From Octopus bimaculoides (lineage: Eukaryota): a stretch of DNA of 61,485 nucleotides. Shown one piece after another: positions 1 through 13,484 of this stretch (positions are counted from its first letter, which is position 1; each line of letters starts with the position of its first letter). The notes beneath the pieces are model-generated. The model searched no databases. It had not been told where the DNA came from and worked only from the letters and a program-made list of their open reading frames with translations. The DNA lies in contig NC_068987.1 in assembly GCF_001194135.2 (NCBI RefSeq), positions 66,338,889-66,400,373 of the forward strand, in the 5' to 3' direction. Position numbers and translations under genes: made by a program.

Positions 1-47
<47 letters not shown>

Positions 48-56
48 CAGTGTGTG
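1..56. repeat. (TG)n microsatellite, truncated by the window start
   Basis: Direct reading. Confidence 0.95.
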
Positions 57-899
57 TATATGGATACATGTATTTACATCATTAGTATGATTTTCTTTAA
101 TAAAAGCATGCTTGCTTATGAACTTAAGATCTAATTAATGCTATTCAGTTCAATCTGTTGCTTAGTGAATGTACTCGGCAAGTAATAGCTGCATACACAT
201 CATAAAGGGAAAAGAATTATGAGATAAAATCTTACTGTCTAATAGACATTGACTTACAAGAACGAACAACACGTGTATAGACAATCTGAAATTTACGCAC
301 GCATCAACTGCGTTCTGTATAGTATTCAAGGTTTGTGTATGTCTGGATAACAAAATGCACCGAAGAAATATGACTGAGTAAGGATATGTTAGCAATGTGT
401 ATGTTGTTTGTGTATTTATGATGGCATAAGCATTACATTTTATCTGACAACAACGAGTCATCTGATATGTGTGTGTGCATGTGTGTGATTATATATGCGC
501 GTATTTATGTGTGTGCATGTTTCTCTGCATGTATATTGTATATCTGTATGTGTATAAATATGTATCAATACATGTATGCTTGTACGTGTGTCTATACATA
601 ATATCCATAAATTACATGTGGAACTTCAATAATTTATTGTATCTGTTTAAGTTGACGTACACTAATCAACTTCTTTGCATTATTACTAAATGTTATTAAC
701 GCTTTCATCCACGTACGTTTATGTAGTACTTAAAATCGCCTTCGTCTATCTTTAAAGGTGTTTCTTATTGTTCTTGACTTTTATTGAATATGACAACACC
801 ACAAGAGAAATCGCAATGTTATCCTCTAATCTTGTGATCGTACTGTTTCATAAAGAGAAACTCAGACACTCATATCCAGTGAAAGTACCATAAAATGTA

Positions 900-1146
900 T
901 AGAAAAAGAAGCACCAACGTGTTTAAGCATTCATACCTGGCATTCATGCGAACAGGAAGCGTCATACAGAAAAAGAAACGGGTTAGCTGACCGAGAAATC
1001 CTGTGGAAGAGGTTGAGTGAATTCGAGCAGCATTTCATCACAGTCTGACTAAGTTCATTCGTAATGCATGTAGACAGTTATGGTCAACATTTCACAAAAT
1101 TTTGCCCTAAACTTGAGGCTTGTATATGTAAGTTATGGATACCCTA
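900..1146 (+). mobile_element. Decayed Tc1/mariner-superfamily transposase N-terminal HTH fragment (DUF4817-like)
   Basis: Manual translation with one frameshift gives KEAPTCLSIHTW/FMRTGSVIQKKKRVS*PRNPVEEVE*IRAAFHHSLTKFIRNACRQLWSTFHKIL. This resembles the APT..SI..W..KF..TGSV..K.RSGRPR...IR.AF..SP.KSIR.ASR.L pattern of mariner-like transposases. It ends in ttatggataccc|ta next to (TA)n, possibly a degraded TIR. Confidence 0.6.
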
Positions 1147-3682
1147 TATATATATATATATATATATATTAAATATTATGCAAGGGGACAAAAAATTATG
1201 AAATGCACGAAGACCTTTTTGGTAGGCGATATATGAATAGTTCTAATATTATAGATTAATGAAGACAAATTCAACTCCTTTGGGAAAGCTATTTAGAACA
1301 TTGTTTTGGGTCGCTCTTTGAAATATTTCGTTTAGATTTTATCTCTACTCGTTTTTTTCTCGTTCTTTTAAATTTTCTTTTCCTTTTTGTCATTTTATTT
1401 TCTCTCTATTTGCTTTCTTTTCATTTTTTCTAAATTCGCCTTCATATCTTTGATGAAAGTTGAATGCTTTAAGTACTATGTCTATATCTGTATGTGTCTA
1501 TATATTTGTGTCTATATGTATCTGTGGACTAATGTAACTACAATGGTGTGATTATTTCCTGTACGAATGTGTGTGCGTGTAATAGTTTGAGTGTATGTTT
1601 GTATTTGTATATGGACATATAAAGTGAATGACATTAACTAAATTCATATAAAGATTCCCTTTCAAACGATACTACTTAAGCGATAGGAAATAACGTGACA
1701 GGAACTTCTAAAGGAAAATCAGCGGTAGCTTCATTTGTATATTTTTCATTTCTTTTTGTCATCTCCTCTTGGCAACAACAAACTACAGTTAATAGCATAG
1801 CTCCTAAGAAAGCATATCGAAATTATGTGCATACGGTCGTTTCCAGTTTGTTGTGCACTAGTCCTCCCTTGCTTCGAAAAGCATGTACTTGAAAAGGCTC
1901 CACCGTAGTGACTTGAGATTTGCTTTGATAAATGTCACCATACGTCCGAGTTTTAAATGTCTAAACAGAATGTTCATTCTATGGTATATTAATGTTGAAA
2001 TTTAATAGCCATACATTTTATATTAGTGTTTTACATAATCTTTATAAATGTTATAACCTTGTTTTACTATACCTTATGTGAGTGTTTGAACGTTTCATAA
2101 TCGATTTGATATCGGCCGAGTGGTCAAAGATTTAGTATTCCACTCTCGACATTATTATTATTCTATTATTAGAATTAAAATATTGGTTATTCTAATGCAC
2201 TTGCCAGTAGCTAGATTAAATTGAAGTTGATATACTTAGGATATTTATGGGAAGCACAAACAATTGCTGCAAGTTTGCTAGTGGGGTTCTTTTCAAATCT
2301 CTTTCAGTTCAAAATATGCAATATATTGTTTTCGAACACTTAGCGCATATTTTTGTACACTATTGTATATTACATTTGCCAAAAGGTTGATGGATATAAA
2401 AAGAGGAAAATGAAATATATCATGAAATACGAAATGCAAAACCAGTATAATAATATTTTTAAAGAATTATAGTGTAAACATTTGTATAGACGATACAGAT
2501 TTTCGAAAGATGAAGAACTCAAATTATTTAGAACAACGAAAATTATTAGAATTGATATTTCCTTTAATTTTCAACTGAGTCAGTCACAGATTATATTTTT
2601 CTTTTCATTGGGATATGAATTTCTCAAGTGACATCGTAACTGTAATGTTGTACGGTGGAGAAGGTACAACTCACGTGGCAGTTCAACTTAGTAAATGAGT
2701 TCTTTCCTAGTTTTTCTTATTAGAAGTAAATATATCCAATCGGAAAGTATTATTTGGAGTGAAGTGACCTCTATCAGGATACCTTGCTGAGGATACCTTG
2801 CTCTTGATAGACATTACATACGCACAAATTTTGCAAACTGACAGGCAGTTATTGAAATGGTTGTTAACATTACTTTATAAGTTATTTTTATTAAATAAAA
2901 TAAAACTTGTACTTTAAATGTTATATTCGATATTTATGGTATATTGGCACAAATCTCAGAAAGGCAATATAACTAATTGCTTATTGAATGACAGCTTGAT
3001 CATGCATCTATGACAAATTACTTCCGTTCACGTGACATATGCAGCAGCTTAAGCGCAGTTAAAGGAGCATATTTCTAACAACGCTTCAAAATCGTGATAT
3101 TAAATACATGTGAAACATTGACTTCTTTGCTACAAATAATATGCAGTCCAGTGATTTATTTTATAAATTATAAGCCATTGTAAAATGCCCTACAGTTGAC
3201 TGGAAGCAAATCGAATGAATTAAGTTAAGCACTTTCCATACATTACTGTTATTTGATTTAGTCAATCCAGAAGAATAAAATGAAACGTTGATGCTGGTGG
3301 AAGTTGATCTCAAGCAGAGCCATATGTTACTAATTTCAGTATTCTTTAAAGTCCTTCTTAATGCCTCAGAGCCATAGGGTCATCGTAAGAGTGCTTATAA
3401 GATATAGTTTTTATTTGCATACAATATTACAATTAAACTAGTTTGGCTTGACTAAATAGGAAATATATATCACAGATAAATTTCTTAGGAATTCCAACTT
3501 GTATTCGTTACAATACCACAACTAATTTGAGACGAATCATTAAAGAAAAATAGATACCAAACGAAAGAATAATTGTGAAAGGAGAATAAATGACAAAATC
3601 GTAGATGCATGACACAATATCTTAATACTCCTAAATATAACATGAATTAATAAAAGAGTCATTTCAACAGTGTGCCTGTTTA

Positions 3683-3721
<39 letters not shown>

Positions 3722-4818
3722 CATACATACAAACATATATATNNNNNNNNNNNNNNNNNNNNNNNNNNNNNNNNNNNNNNNNNNNNNNNNNNNNNNNNNN
3801 NNNNNNNNNNNNNNNNNNNNNNNNNNNNNNNNNNNNNNNNNNNNNNNNNNNNNNNNNNNNNNNNNNNNNNNNNNNNNNNNNNNNNNNNNNNNNNNNNNNN
3901 NNNNNNNNNNNNNNNNNNNNNNNNNNNNNNNNNNNNNNNNNNNNNNNNNNNNNNNNNNNNNNNNNNNNNNNNNNNNNNNNNNNNNNNNNNNNNNNNNNNN
4001 NNNNNNNNNNNNNNNNNNNNNNNNNNNNNNNNNNATATATATATATATATACATATGTTCATATCTGATACCCCTAAATTTGTGGTTTTACATTATATAT
4101 ACATATAACTAAATGACACAAAAAGGAAAAATGCAACAATATTAATGAAATGAAATAGAATAATTAGTTATTTGGTAGCTTAATATGATGTTATTTTTCT
4201 GGTAAGAGAACGGTGGTTTAAATATAGAATATTGAAGTAAACTTTTAGTTTCTTGGTCCTGTGTTTTCACAACAATGAATAGTAAACCTTATGCAAAAAG
4301 AGATGGAAAACTCTCTAAATATAGTGTGATGGAAATAGAGCGATTGCTGTGAGAGTTAGGTAATTCCATTGACTTACGATGAAATTATGTATGCGTTGGT
4401 GTCCTTTTTGGTTAGACAATAAAATATTTGAATACATTCCCAATGCATTGAATAAAAATATACATATTTGTCGATGAACAGTTAAGAAAAGAGATTTCAG
4501 GAAATTTGAAAGTTTTAAATGTTAAATGAGATGAAGAAAGTAGTTACTATTGAATATCAAGTGAATGAAGTAGAAATTACATTAACAACAGAGTTAATCT
4601 TGGTTTGGTACATGGACTTCGCTTTGCGGTATCTGTCTTATCGTCAACTTCCTTAATTACACCTAAAATGATTATATTTACCTATTCTCTCGATGTAGCT
4701 GAGGATGAATATTTGTGAAAATCTAATCATCTTCAAATTCGTTCGTTTCACTTTTGCTTTCCAAAAGTCCTGAATTATTCTTTAAAGTATTGACTCATCT
4801 TATGACAATCCACTTTAA

Positions 4819-4856
<38 letters not shown>

Positions 4857-7800
4857 CATGTGGATAGCTTTCAAAAGTTAAGAACATTCAAGGGCTTTAT
4901 GACATTCGCTAATAATGCTTGAAGATAAAATGAAGATAACCTATAATTTTATTCTCATTATCATATATTGTGTTCTTGCACCGTTTTCTCTTATGGCTTT
5001 CTTCTGCATTTCATAATGAACAAATTCAATCTAAATCGGTGATTTTCCATGAGAACTGATAAAATTTTCAATATTTCTAATGTATGCGTTTTTGCTCTTT
5101 TGCTAGAGAACATTTTTCAGATTTAGTAGAAATTTAATCCCCCGCCTATTAATGTCTGAAACGTTAACAACTTTGAATCAATTATTTTCCTCCTTATATT
5201 GTCAAAATATACGTTTTCATCAAGAAATTTAATAAAAGAGACCAATGTTGTGAGAAACCATATCTTCGTTAAACAGCTTAGGCAATATATAACATAAAAG
5301 GTACATCATTCTCTTTTGTTGCCACGACATCCAAATTCCGTTTTGAAAATAAACCAATAATTATAAGCAAAATTCAGTATCTACGAATTTGGATAAAAAC
5401 AAGAAAACAACATATTGCTAATGCACTCATTCTTTTGAGCGTATATCAACATAAAATGTGAGTTTACAAGTTCACAAGTTAATCAACAACCTCTTTTGAA
5501 ATTTAGTTTGCATTGTTTTCCATACTATCAGACAATACAATGGCACATTCTACAGAAGTGGTATCCTGCTCTAATAAATTCTAAAACATAATTATATACA
5601 AATGTATGAATGTATAATATACTAAATATTTCTAAATGTGTATTATTATATTTTTTGTTTTGTTTTCTGATTTGATGAGACTCGTTTAAAGATAATAATA
5701 TGAAAGTTGTTCGCTATAACAAAATCAAAGCCCTAAACGTATTGTGTAGTCAAAAATTATATACATATCATATTATATACATATGTGTGTTATATGTTTC
5801 GTATGTCACATATTAGACATTGAAATATTTATATTCTTAATATCGAGAATCATGGAAACATTGAAATCTAGAAAGCATAGAGAATCATACAGTAATGCAG
5901 TTGGTGTTCAGAAAGATCAATACTAAACGTTTCAATTCTATAAAATGATGGTATCCAGAATAATTTATATATGAATGCGTTAATAAACGCCAATGTGATA
6001 ACCGATGCGTTAACGAATATTATGACAGACAGCAATGTTTTAAGACTTCAGATAAATTACATCAATAATTTCTTTCTCAATGATGACTCACTTGGCGGCG
6101 TTTATTAAAAATATAGAGGACTTCTAACTTAGTACATTTTCGTTCAAATCACAAATTATGTTTCGCGTTTTCCTGGTGGGTTAAAGGCGCTTAACTCCTG
6201 CAGAAAAGATGGTGCGAGACGTTTCAGGAAATAATTTTGAGATGTGTAAGAGACTACTGTGGCTACAGAAAAGGAAGGGCAGAGATTAATCTCTTGTGAG
6301 CCCAGAAGTATCCATCTAATGATCCTTAATTGACACATTTCATATTAACAAATCGGAGCAGGTGAAAACACGAATCAAATATCTGACTGATAAATACTTT
6401 TCTATATCAGATAATAAGAAAAGAAACCGTTGAATTATATCCAGAAATCTTCTTTTTTTTTTTTTTTTGCAGGTGGTTTACTACGCATTCCTCGTGTTAG
6501 TATTCACTGGAAACCAGGCATGGCATTTTTCATAGTAATAAATTTAAAGTCATATACCGTGAGATCATTAAAATCTATTTACTTTATAAAAGAATTTGAT
6601 AACATATACCGGTGAAATCAATGACCGTAGATGTGGTGTTTATAAAATATCCATTTCTCATAACTCACACAGGAACGCCAGGGAAGAATAGGTTCTATGC
6701 AGCTTTGAGCAGGTTACATCGAATGTAACTGGTACCAATAATTCCACGATCGGTTACATCATAATTCTACTCAAGATTGATTGAATTTTTTAATGTAAAA
6801 GGATACTAGTTGATGGCATCAAATAAATATGTTTTACTAATCACTAATTTACAGGTGGACATACACACATGAATACATACATACATTCACAAGCATGCAT
6901 ATATACTTACATACATATCCATTTATCTATCCTAGCAGTTTTGGACCTCGATGAAACATAAGTCCTAGAAACTTCCGTAACGAAATCGCCGTAGTGTCGA
7001 TATGTTTACACAATGGGACGCCTAAACCCAATCCAAATGTGGTGTAGATGACTTCTCATTACTGCTATTCGTAAGGCGTTTATTTGTTTGTTATAGCATA
7101 TGAATTTTGTGTCAACTCATTGTGTTATACATAATCTTAAATTTTGATTGATCTATTAGTTATAATTTGGTGCATCGTGGGTTATATGTTTTACATTTCT
7201 GTGGTGATCCAAACAGAATACATTTTCTAAAGAATCATTTCTAAAGATTTTCCATATAAATGGAGGTTTTACTAAGACGAGGTCTCCAAGTATTTCTGTT
7301 GGTGAATCTGGAATCACTGGAAATCGCTAGAGTTATGTCAAACGAAGTTACAGGATTGCCGTAATGTACTAGTGGAACCTATGTGTGCTGAAAGTATGAA
7401 GAAGTAATGTATACGGCAAGGAAAAACTATTCACACGATGGCCAGACAATGTAGAAATGTTCTTATTGTATGCAATATACATTAACTGCAAATATAATAA
7501 CTAACTTCCTAATAACTTTACAGTTTGAATGTATATCTTCATAAATTCATGGGAAATTATGGTATAAGCCAAAAGTATTGTGATTCTATTAGCGTAATTC
7601 TTACACTATTTTTTGATTTCTTCAAAATATATATTAGTGAAAGTAAACGGTGTAATTGCCCGTGAATTACTTTCGATGCCTGGCTATTAACTACTCCACT
7701 TTCAAGTCGGATTGACATACTGTATTGACGCACATCTGTTTAATATTATTATTGATCTTTGATATTTCTATTAATGTCTTAACGGTTCTATTTTGGAAAT

Positions 7801-8521
7801 TCTTTCAAAGAACAAGTAATTTTTCTTTCAAAAGTTTCTTGATAATATTTCACTAAAATATTCAGTGTGATATAATTATAAGCATCCTCTTCGTAAAATA
7901 TGTTTCTGAGGTATTCAATAGTCTCACTGGAAGACTGTCCTAATATTACATTACCACAGTTTCAAAATTTTAATATTTTTAATACAGCTCAATTAATCGT
8001 TCTTTGTGGTGTCTATTGATTGCGTAAATTTTATTCATTCTAATCTCCTCTTAAATTTACTTCATAATATCCATGTCTAAAATTGGTATATCGGGAATTT
8101 TGTCCATTCGTGATATCATCAATTCATTCGTATTATATTACACTGGCATTTCTTTCTCCTTTTGTTATTCTTCTTCAGTCATAGTCAATCTGAAGTATCT
8201 TGGTGTATAGGGGTCTGAAAGAAAGGAAATTATATAGTTAATGACAAAAATTAACTAAAGTATATGAATATACATATGCATGCAGAAAGGTATATGTAAG
8301 TATATGGTTGTATACATATATGTTAATATGTATGTATGTATGTATAAATATATACATNNNNNNNNNNNNNNNNNNNNNNNNNNNNNNNNNNNNNNNNNNN
8401 NNNNNNNNNNNNNNNNNNNNNNNNNNNNNNNNNNNNNNNNNNNNNNNNNNNNNNNNNNNNNNNNNNNNNNNNNNNNNNNNNNNNNNNNNNNNNNNNNNNN
8501 NNNNNNNNNNNNNNNNNNNNN

Positions 8522-8773
8522 TAGGGAAGAGAACCAAGGTTCATGAACTCATCGATGAAAATCCACTGTCGTGTATAGAAAAGTTAATAATTAAAAGCAC
8601 AATAAATGAGTATAATACAAAGTAAATATCATAAGATAAAGATAATATCTTTAACTTATGATATTTACTTGGTATTATATTACACTCATTTATTGTGCTT
8701 TTACTTATTAATTTTTCTATATGTGACAGTGGATTTTCACCGATGAGTTCATGAACCATGGTTCTTTTCCCTA
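8522..8773. repeat. About 250-bp fold-back (long imperfect palindrome), MITE-like or inverted PLE ends
   Basis: Left arm tagggaagagaaccaaggttcatgaactcatcgatgaaaatccactgtc... matches the reverse complement of the right arm (tagggaaaagaaccatggttcatgaactcatcggtgaaaatccactgtc...) over about 120 bp. The 3-nt centre is at 8644-8646. Confidence 0.9.
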
Positions 8774-8879
8774 AAACTATATATTTATATATATTTTACT
8801 CTGTAAAGCTCAATTTGATTTTAATTTTTTATAAATTGTGTTTAACTGAGTTTTTACCTGTAATTTTGGATTTTGTCCC

Positions 8880-8880
<1 letters not shown>

Positions 8881-8927
<47 letters not shown>

Positions 8928-9058
8928 GTATGTATGTGTATGTATGTATGTGTATGTATATATGCATGTATCTATGTATCTATCTATCTATCTATCTACC
9001 CACCAGTCTGCCTGTCTGTCTATCTGTCTATCTAACTATCTATCTATTTATCTATCTT

Positions 9059-9100
<42 letters not shown>

Positions 9101-9101
9101 A

Positions 9102-9146
<45 letters not shown>

Positions 9147-9150
9147 GAGA
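8881..9150. repeat. Compound microsatellite (ATT)n-(TATG)n-(ATCT)n-(TA)n-(GA)n
   Basis: Direct reading; it explains the spurious ORFs 8758-9192 and 8873-9097. Confidence 0.9.
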
Positions 9151-10746
9151 GGTGGGGTTAACATAAGCAAAAGGCAGGAAGTTTGTGAATAGGGGTTTAA
9201 ATGTTAGTCGATAAATCTGGTCTCTATACTTCGTATACTCTTTTTTTAATCAAGTGTGCGAAAGCCTGTGCAAGAGTATTGGACGCACGACCTTAAAGTT
9301 GCGTATTTTGTTCCGGAACTAGACGTCAAGATATCTTGCAGCAAAGCACTTCGTTTTACGCTGCTTCGGTGTACTCGTAAGATAGTGAAAGCCAACCGAA
9401 TGCTGGAGCCGCTAACATTTTCCTTACAATATCTAGATGAATGAACGGTTGGCAAACTAATTAGGTGAGTATGTTTCCTCCCAACGGCATGAGAATTTGC
9501 ATAACTTGCAGCATTAAAATATCCTTATTTTTAATGAGATGGCTTCTGTTGCCTAGCAGATACTATGTTTTGAATTTCAGGTTCTATGGTAAACAGTTTT
9601 AAATGTAGATCAAGTTTCACATATATTGTGTTTCTACAGCTGAGAAAATTTGCTCATATAAATATGGAGTGAAGAATCTTAAATGTTTGTTTATTGTCAA
9701 TAAAAACCATCCCAAACTGAAAACTGCTCGGGTAGGAAATAAATAATGTAATAACAATGGTAAACATGTCCCTATCCCCTCTCCGCCCAGTAATCCCAGG
9801 AAGCTCGTTGAAGTAGATTTCTGAGGCACCAACCTCCATAGGGTTCTATCCAAATTAAATATCAGATTTTTCTCGCTGGATTCTCATGAGTGGACAAGTA
9901 AGACTATCCCACATTATTTGTTAAATACACGTATGTCGAAGTAAACTCATAGAAGGACCACCAATATGCCCCCACAAAATTAAGCATAAACAATAAACGC
10001 CAGCCACAACTCGCTACATGCTATTAAACATCTAAAACACAAACAGGCATATAGAAATGCTCCAACAGACAAATTCAAAAAATGTACACAAACCTTACAC
10101 ACATGCAAACATGCATTTACATGTATATACGCATATTGAAATTTACATTCCAGCGTCATCGAACCAAATCGATATTAGACGGTAAAGAGTCATATAAACT
10201 GAAGTGAAAAAAAAATAATATGCGTAACCAACAAACCAAAGTAAATGCTTTTCAATAAACAACTTTGAAAAATCATATTCAAAGCTGCCCAGCAACTAGA
10301 ACTTACTGAATTTTCAAACTAAAATCATCAAGCTATAAAGAACGAAATAAAACAAGATATTGACACCAAAGCGAAATATATATACGTTTTATATTAATAG
10401 AAAATCGGTGCATTCGAACGACTGTAAATAGATCCAACGAAGCGTTGTAAAACAAAACATATTTTCATTCTATAACTATAAATAATAATTTTTGACAAAT
10501 GACTTTACAAATGCAAAAACTGCAAAAGTATTTAGTACTCATACAGTGACAAAAGCTTTAAAATGCTCATGCAGCTGAACAAAATCATCAATCATGTAAA
10601 AAAAACCCACAAAAAAAAAGAATGAATTAAAGAGTCACACCAACGCCTTTCTAAAACAAAGTAATAAAACGAATACTTAATATCAACCACTGAAAACGAG
10701 GGAATAAGCCCACCCCCAGAGTATCAAGAGAACGACGCGTCAAATT

Positions 10747-10793
<47 letters not shown>

Positions 10794-11005
10794 CAGAGCA
10801 AGAATCAGGATTTAAAAAACGAAATCTTAACAGTAAACCCTTCGCCTTTTGTACGGCTATGACGAAGATCAAAGGCTGAGACGGGTTTATTGCTACGGTT
10901 CCAACTAGTCATGAGAATCCAGGAAGCACAATGGTGGAGAGTACACAGATCAAGAATCAACTGTCTACACATGGAATAAATATTTCTTCTCTCCTTTCAC
11001 TTTGT

Positions 11006-11041
<36 letters not shown>

Positions 11042-11394
11042 TGTGTATGTGTCTGTATGTGTGTGCGTGTGTGTGTGTGCATATATATATTTTGATTTAT
11101 TCTGTGACTATGATCACTACAAATCATTAAATTTGTTCTTGAAGAAAAATAATTCCCTTTGTTTAATGGTATTTTTTTATTAATGACGTGTACTATTCTC
11201 CTGAGCATACTGCCAATACTCGCCTACATTTCTGTTATTGCACGCAAAGTGCCTCTGGCCGAACGGCTGAGTATACGGGGATGTAAGTACACAAACATCA
11301 GGNNNNNNNNNNNNNNNNNNNNNNNNNNNNNNNNNNNNNNNNNNNNNNNNNNNNNNNNNNNNNNNNNNNNNNNNNNNNNNNNNNNNNNNNNNCC

Positions 11395-11411
11395 CGACGC
11401 TCTTCCGATCT
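11395..11411 (+). other. Illumina adapter remnant (assembly artefact)
   Basis: CGACGCTCTTCCGATCT is identical to the 3' end of the Illumina read-1 primer/adapter ACACTCTTTCCCTACACGACGCTCTTCCGATCT. It sits two bases after the N-gap ending at 11392. Confidence 0.9.
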
Positions 11412-11419
11412 TAATAAAA

Positions 11420-12950
11420 GAAGGAAAATGCACACAGTTTAAATAGTTTAAGATATTTTAAATGAGAGAGTATTGTTTTGTCCACCGGTTTCACTTTCGC
11501 TAATCATGACATTGACATTATTGTAATTTCGTATTTTCTTGAGTAGATTGAAGCGTATGAAAGTTTGTGAATGAATCAACAAGTAGAAATATCTAAGGGG
11601 GGTGTAATTGGTGATAGTTACTAGGGACAGGGGAAGTAATTGCTCATTATGGGGGTGGAATAAATAAACGCACAAAAACTCATGAGCTAAAGTAGTGACA
11701 TGAAATATGTACAGTGATGGATATGTGATCATGAATTAAAATATCTAGTTAGACCAAAGCTGGTTATGCGTACATATTTTGACGTGTTCTGTATTTTTAG
11801 ATAAATAAATTTTCACTAGTTTAACGTTCTTGTATAGAAAGTGTTTCTTTGCACTAGTAGATGGGGAAAACTTTGAAATTTAGTTGTAGATCCACTGCAC
11901 ATCTCTCTATGCGTTCACTCAAAGGCATCTGTTTATAATTTGGGAAATAGATCTCTTCCTTATGTAGTGTGGTTCTCCGTCTAAGTGCCATACTTGTCTG
12001 TCATTTATAGTTATGTCCACAACCTGAACAAGCTATAACAGATTAAGTTCCTCGGATGCACAAATGAAGTTGGTCTTAATTGTGTACACCTCCCTTTGTT
12101 TGAATTGGAATTCCGAGCCTTCCAGTAGGTTTCGGCATGTTGCACAGTTTGGACGTGCACATTTTTTAACCATTGGTTTCGTGGTTGTTGTGTGAAGCTT
12201 CGCATTTGTCAGGAGTCTTTTCAGCAATTCGGGTTGCGTTTTACATGTCATGAATTTATGTATTTGCAGAATGTTGTTCAATTTTGGATCCGAAGTTAGC
12301 ATTGGTAGAGTTTGTACAATAGTGTTGTATGCCTCATAGCTTCAAAGGTTGCGAGTTGATATATACGGTAGTATTTTCAGATAAGCTGTGGCATTTCGTT
12401 TTGTTTCTCTTAGTGTTTTAATACCTATTTTTTTGGCACGTTTAATTCTGAAGTCTTGAAGACAGGTATCCCGAGTATTTCCATCAAACACTGTTGTGCA
12501 AATCCGTTTCGCTAAATTAAAAGGAATATTTCTTTTGATGTTTTTCGGTTGGCATGCGCTAAACAGAAGATATTGCTTCGAGTTCGTTGGTTTATACTAA
12601 ATGTCAGTTACAATTTAGTTCACTTTTTTTAAAATCATAATATCTAAGAAAGGGAGATGTTCTTTGCTATATTCCATTGTGAATTGGATGTTAGGGTTTA
12701 TATTATTTAGTATTGATTTAGATTCCAAAAGTTTATAAATGTTCTCCTTCCAAATGATAAAACAGTTATTCAGATACCTTTTCCAGCTCTCTTTTATATA
12801 ATGGTGAAAGAGATATTCATATTTTTGCAGTGACACTTTACATATGGTGATTTCAAAATACCCCATCACCAGGTTCGCAAGAACAGAGCCGCTTTCGTTC
12901 CCATCGCAATTCCACATTATTGTCCATAGTAGGTATCATCAAATAGGAAA
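11420..12950 (-). mobile_element. Penelope-like retroelement, 5'-truncated and decayed (RT C-half, GIY-YIG endonuclease, 3' pLTR)
   Basis: Translations include GIAMGTKAA, ANLVMGYFE, WKRYLNNCFIIW (YxDD decayed to YLNN), NIQFTMEYSKEHLPFLDIMILK, YKPTNSKQYLLF..KRNIPFNLAKRIC and the pre-GIY-YIG Zn motif KCARPNCATC...FICAS. A decayed hammerhead lies at 11479-11511. Confidence 0.9.
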
Positions 12951-13186
12951 TAATTGTTCTGAAGCATATATTTTAAACTTCCAATAATAAAAACCTGGTT
13001 TATGCGTTCCGAAAGTTCTTCGGGTACTTTTACGGCCAGAATATTATCACTTCTATTCCATAGTCATGTGGGATATTGGTGGAAATAGTAATAACAACGA
13101 AGGAAACCGATAATGTTTCTTCATTAGTTGTTTTGGTAGGTGCTTAAGCATATCTAGATCGTCCCAAATGAAACTTTTGGTGTGTT

Positions 13187-13302
13187 ACTTTCTCTCTACG
13201 AAATCCACTCATGAGTCTTTGGTCGGCTCGAGGCAATAGTAGTAGACACTTGCCCAAGGTACCACGCAAGGGAACTGAACCCGGAATGATGTGGTTGGAA
13301 AG

Positions 13303-13305
<3 letters not shown>
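13187..13305 (-). mobile_element. SINE family A (tRNA-derived), 5' part
   Basis: Reverse complement matches the head of the 19842 copy (ccgggttcagt...ccttgggcaagtgtc...gccgaccaaag...gagtggatt). Confidence 0.85.
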
Positions 13306-13337
<32 letters not shown>

Positions 13338-13340
<3 letters not shown>

Positions 13341-13484
13341 TGGTTGTCTACTCCTTAAACAGAGTTTGACCACCTCCTGCACCTACATCTTAGCCCTTTC
13401 ATGGCGTCTGATGTGGCTTTTTAAACCAGACAGTGTTTTGAAAAAACACCCACGCATATTGCACCTCTGATTTGCACTACCAAT
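13338..13484 (-). mobile_element. 3' end of an RTE-like LINE (terminal C2H2-type motif plus tail); remainder runs into a gap
   Basis: RCNMRGCFFKTLSGLKSHIRRHERAKM* followed by a short 3' UTR (ggtggtcaaactctgtttaaggagtagacaaccacc) and (TA)n. A GL.SH.R.H motif ends many RTE-clade ORFs. Confidence 0.6.

Noticed and set aside
6473-6535. Strong poly-T acceptor followed by VVYYAFLVLVFTGNQAWHFS*
   Set aside because: Only 20 codons, no partner exon or recognisable family, and poly-T tracts are common here.
6945-7010. ctcgatga...gaaatcgccgta as a hammerhead
   Set aside because: The core has an insertion and stems II and III cannot be formed.
7240-8216. Protein-looking minus-strand stretches (e.g. GQSSSETIEYLRNIFYEEDAY..., VPLVHYGNPVTSFDI...) after a good acceptor at 8215
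   Set aside because: My count is about 14 stops in about 218 codons in the best frame, close to the random expectation for AT-rich DNA. No recognisable motif.
9600-10960. Possible very old + strand PLE with an eroded hammerhead near 10855-10890
   Set aside because: The motifs are too degraded to support a call by eye.
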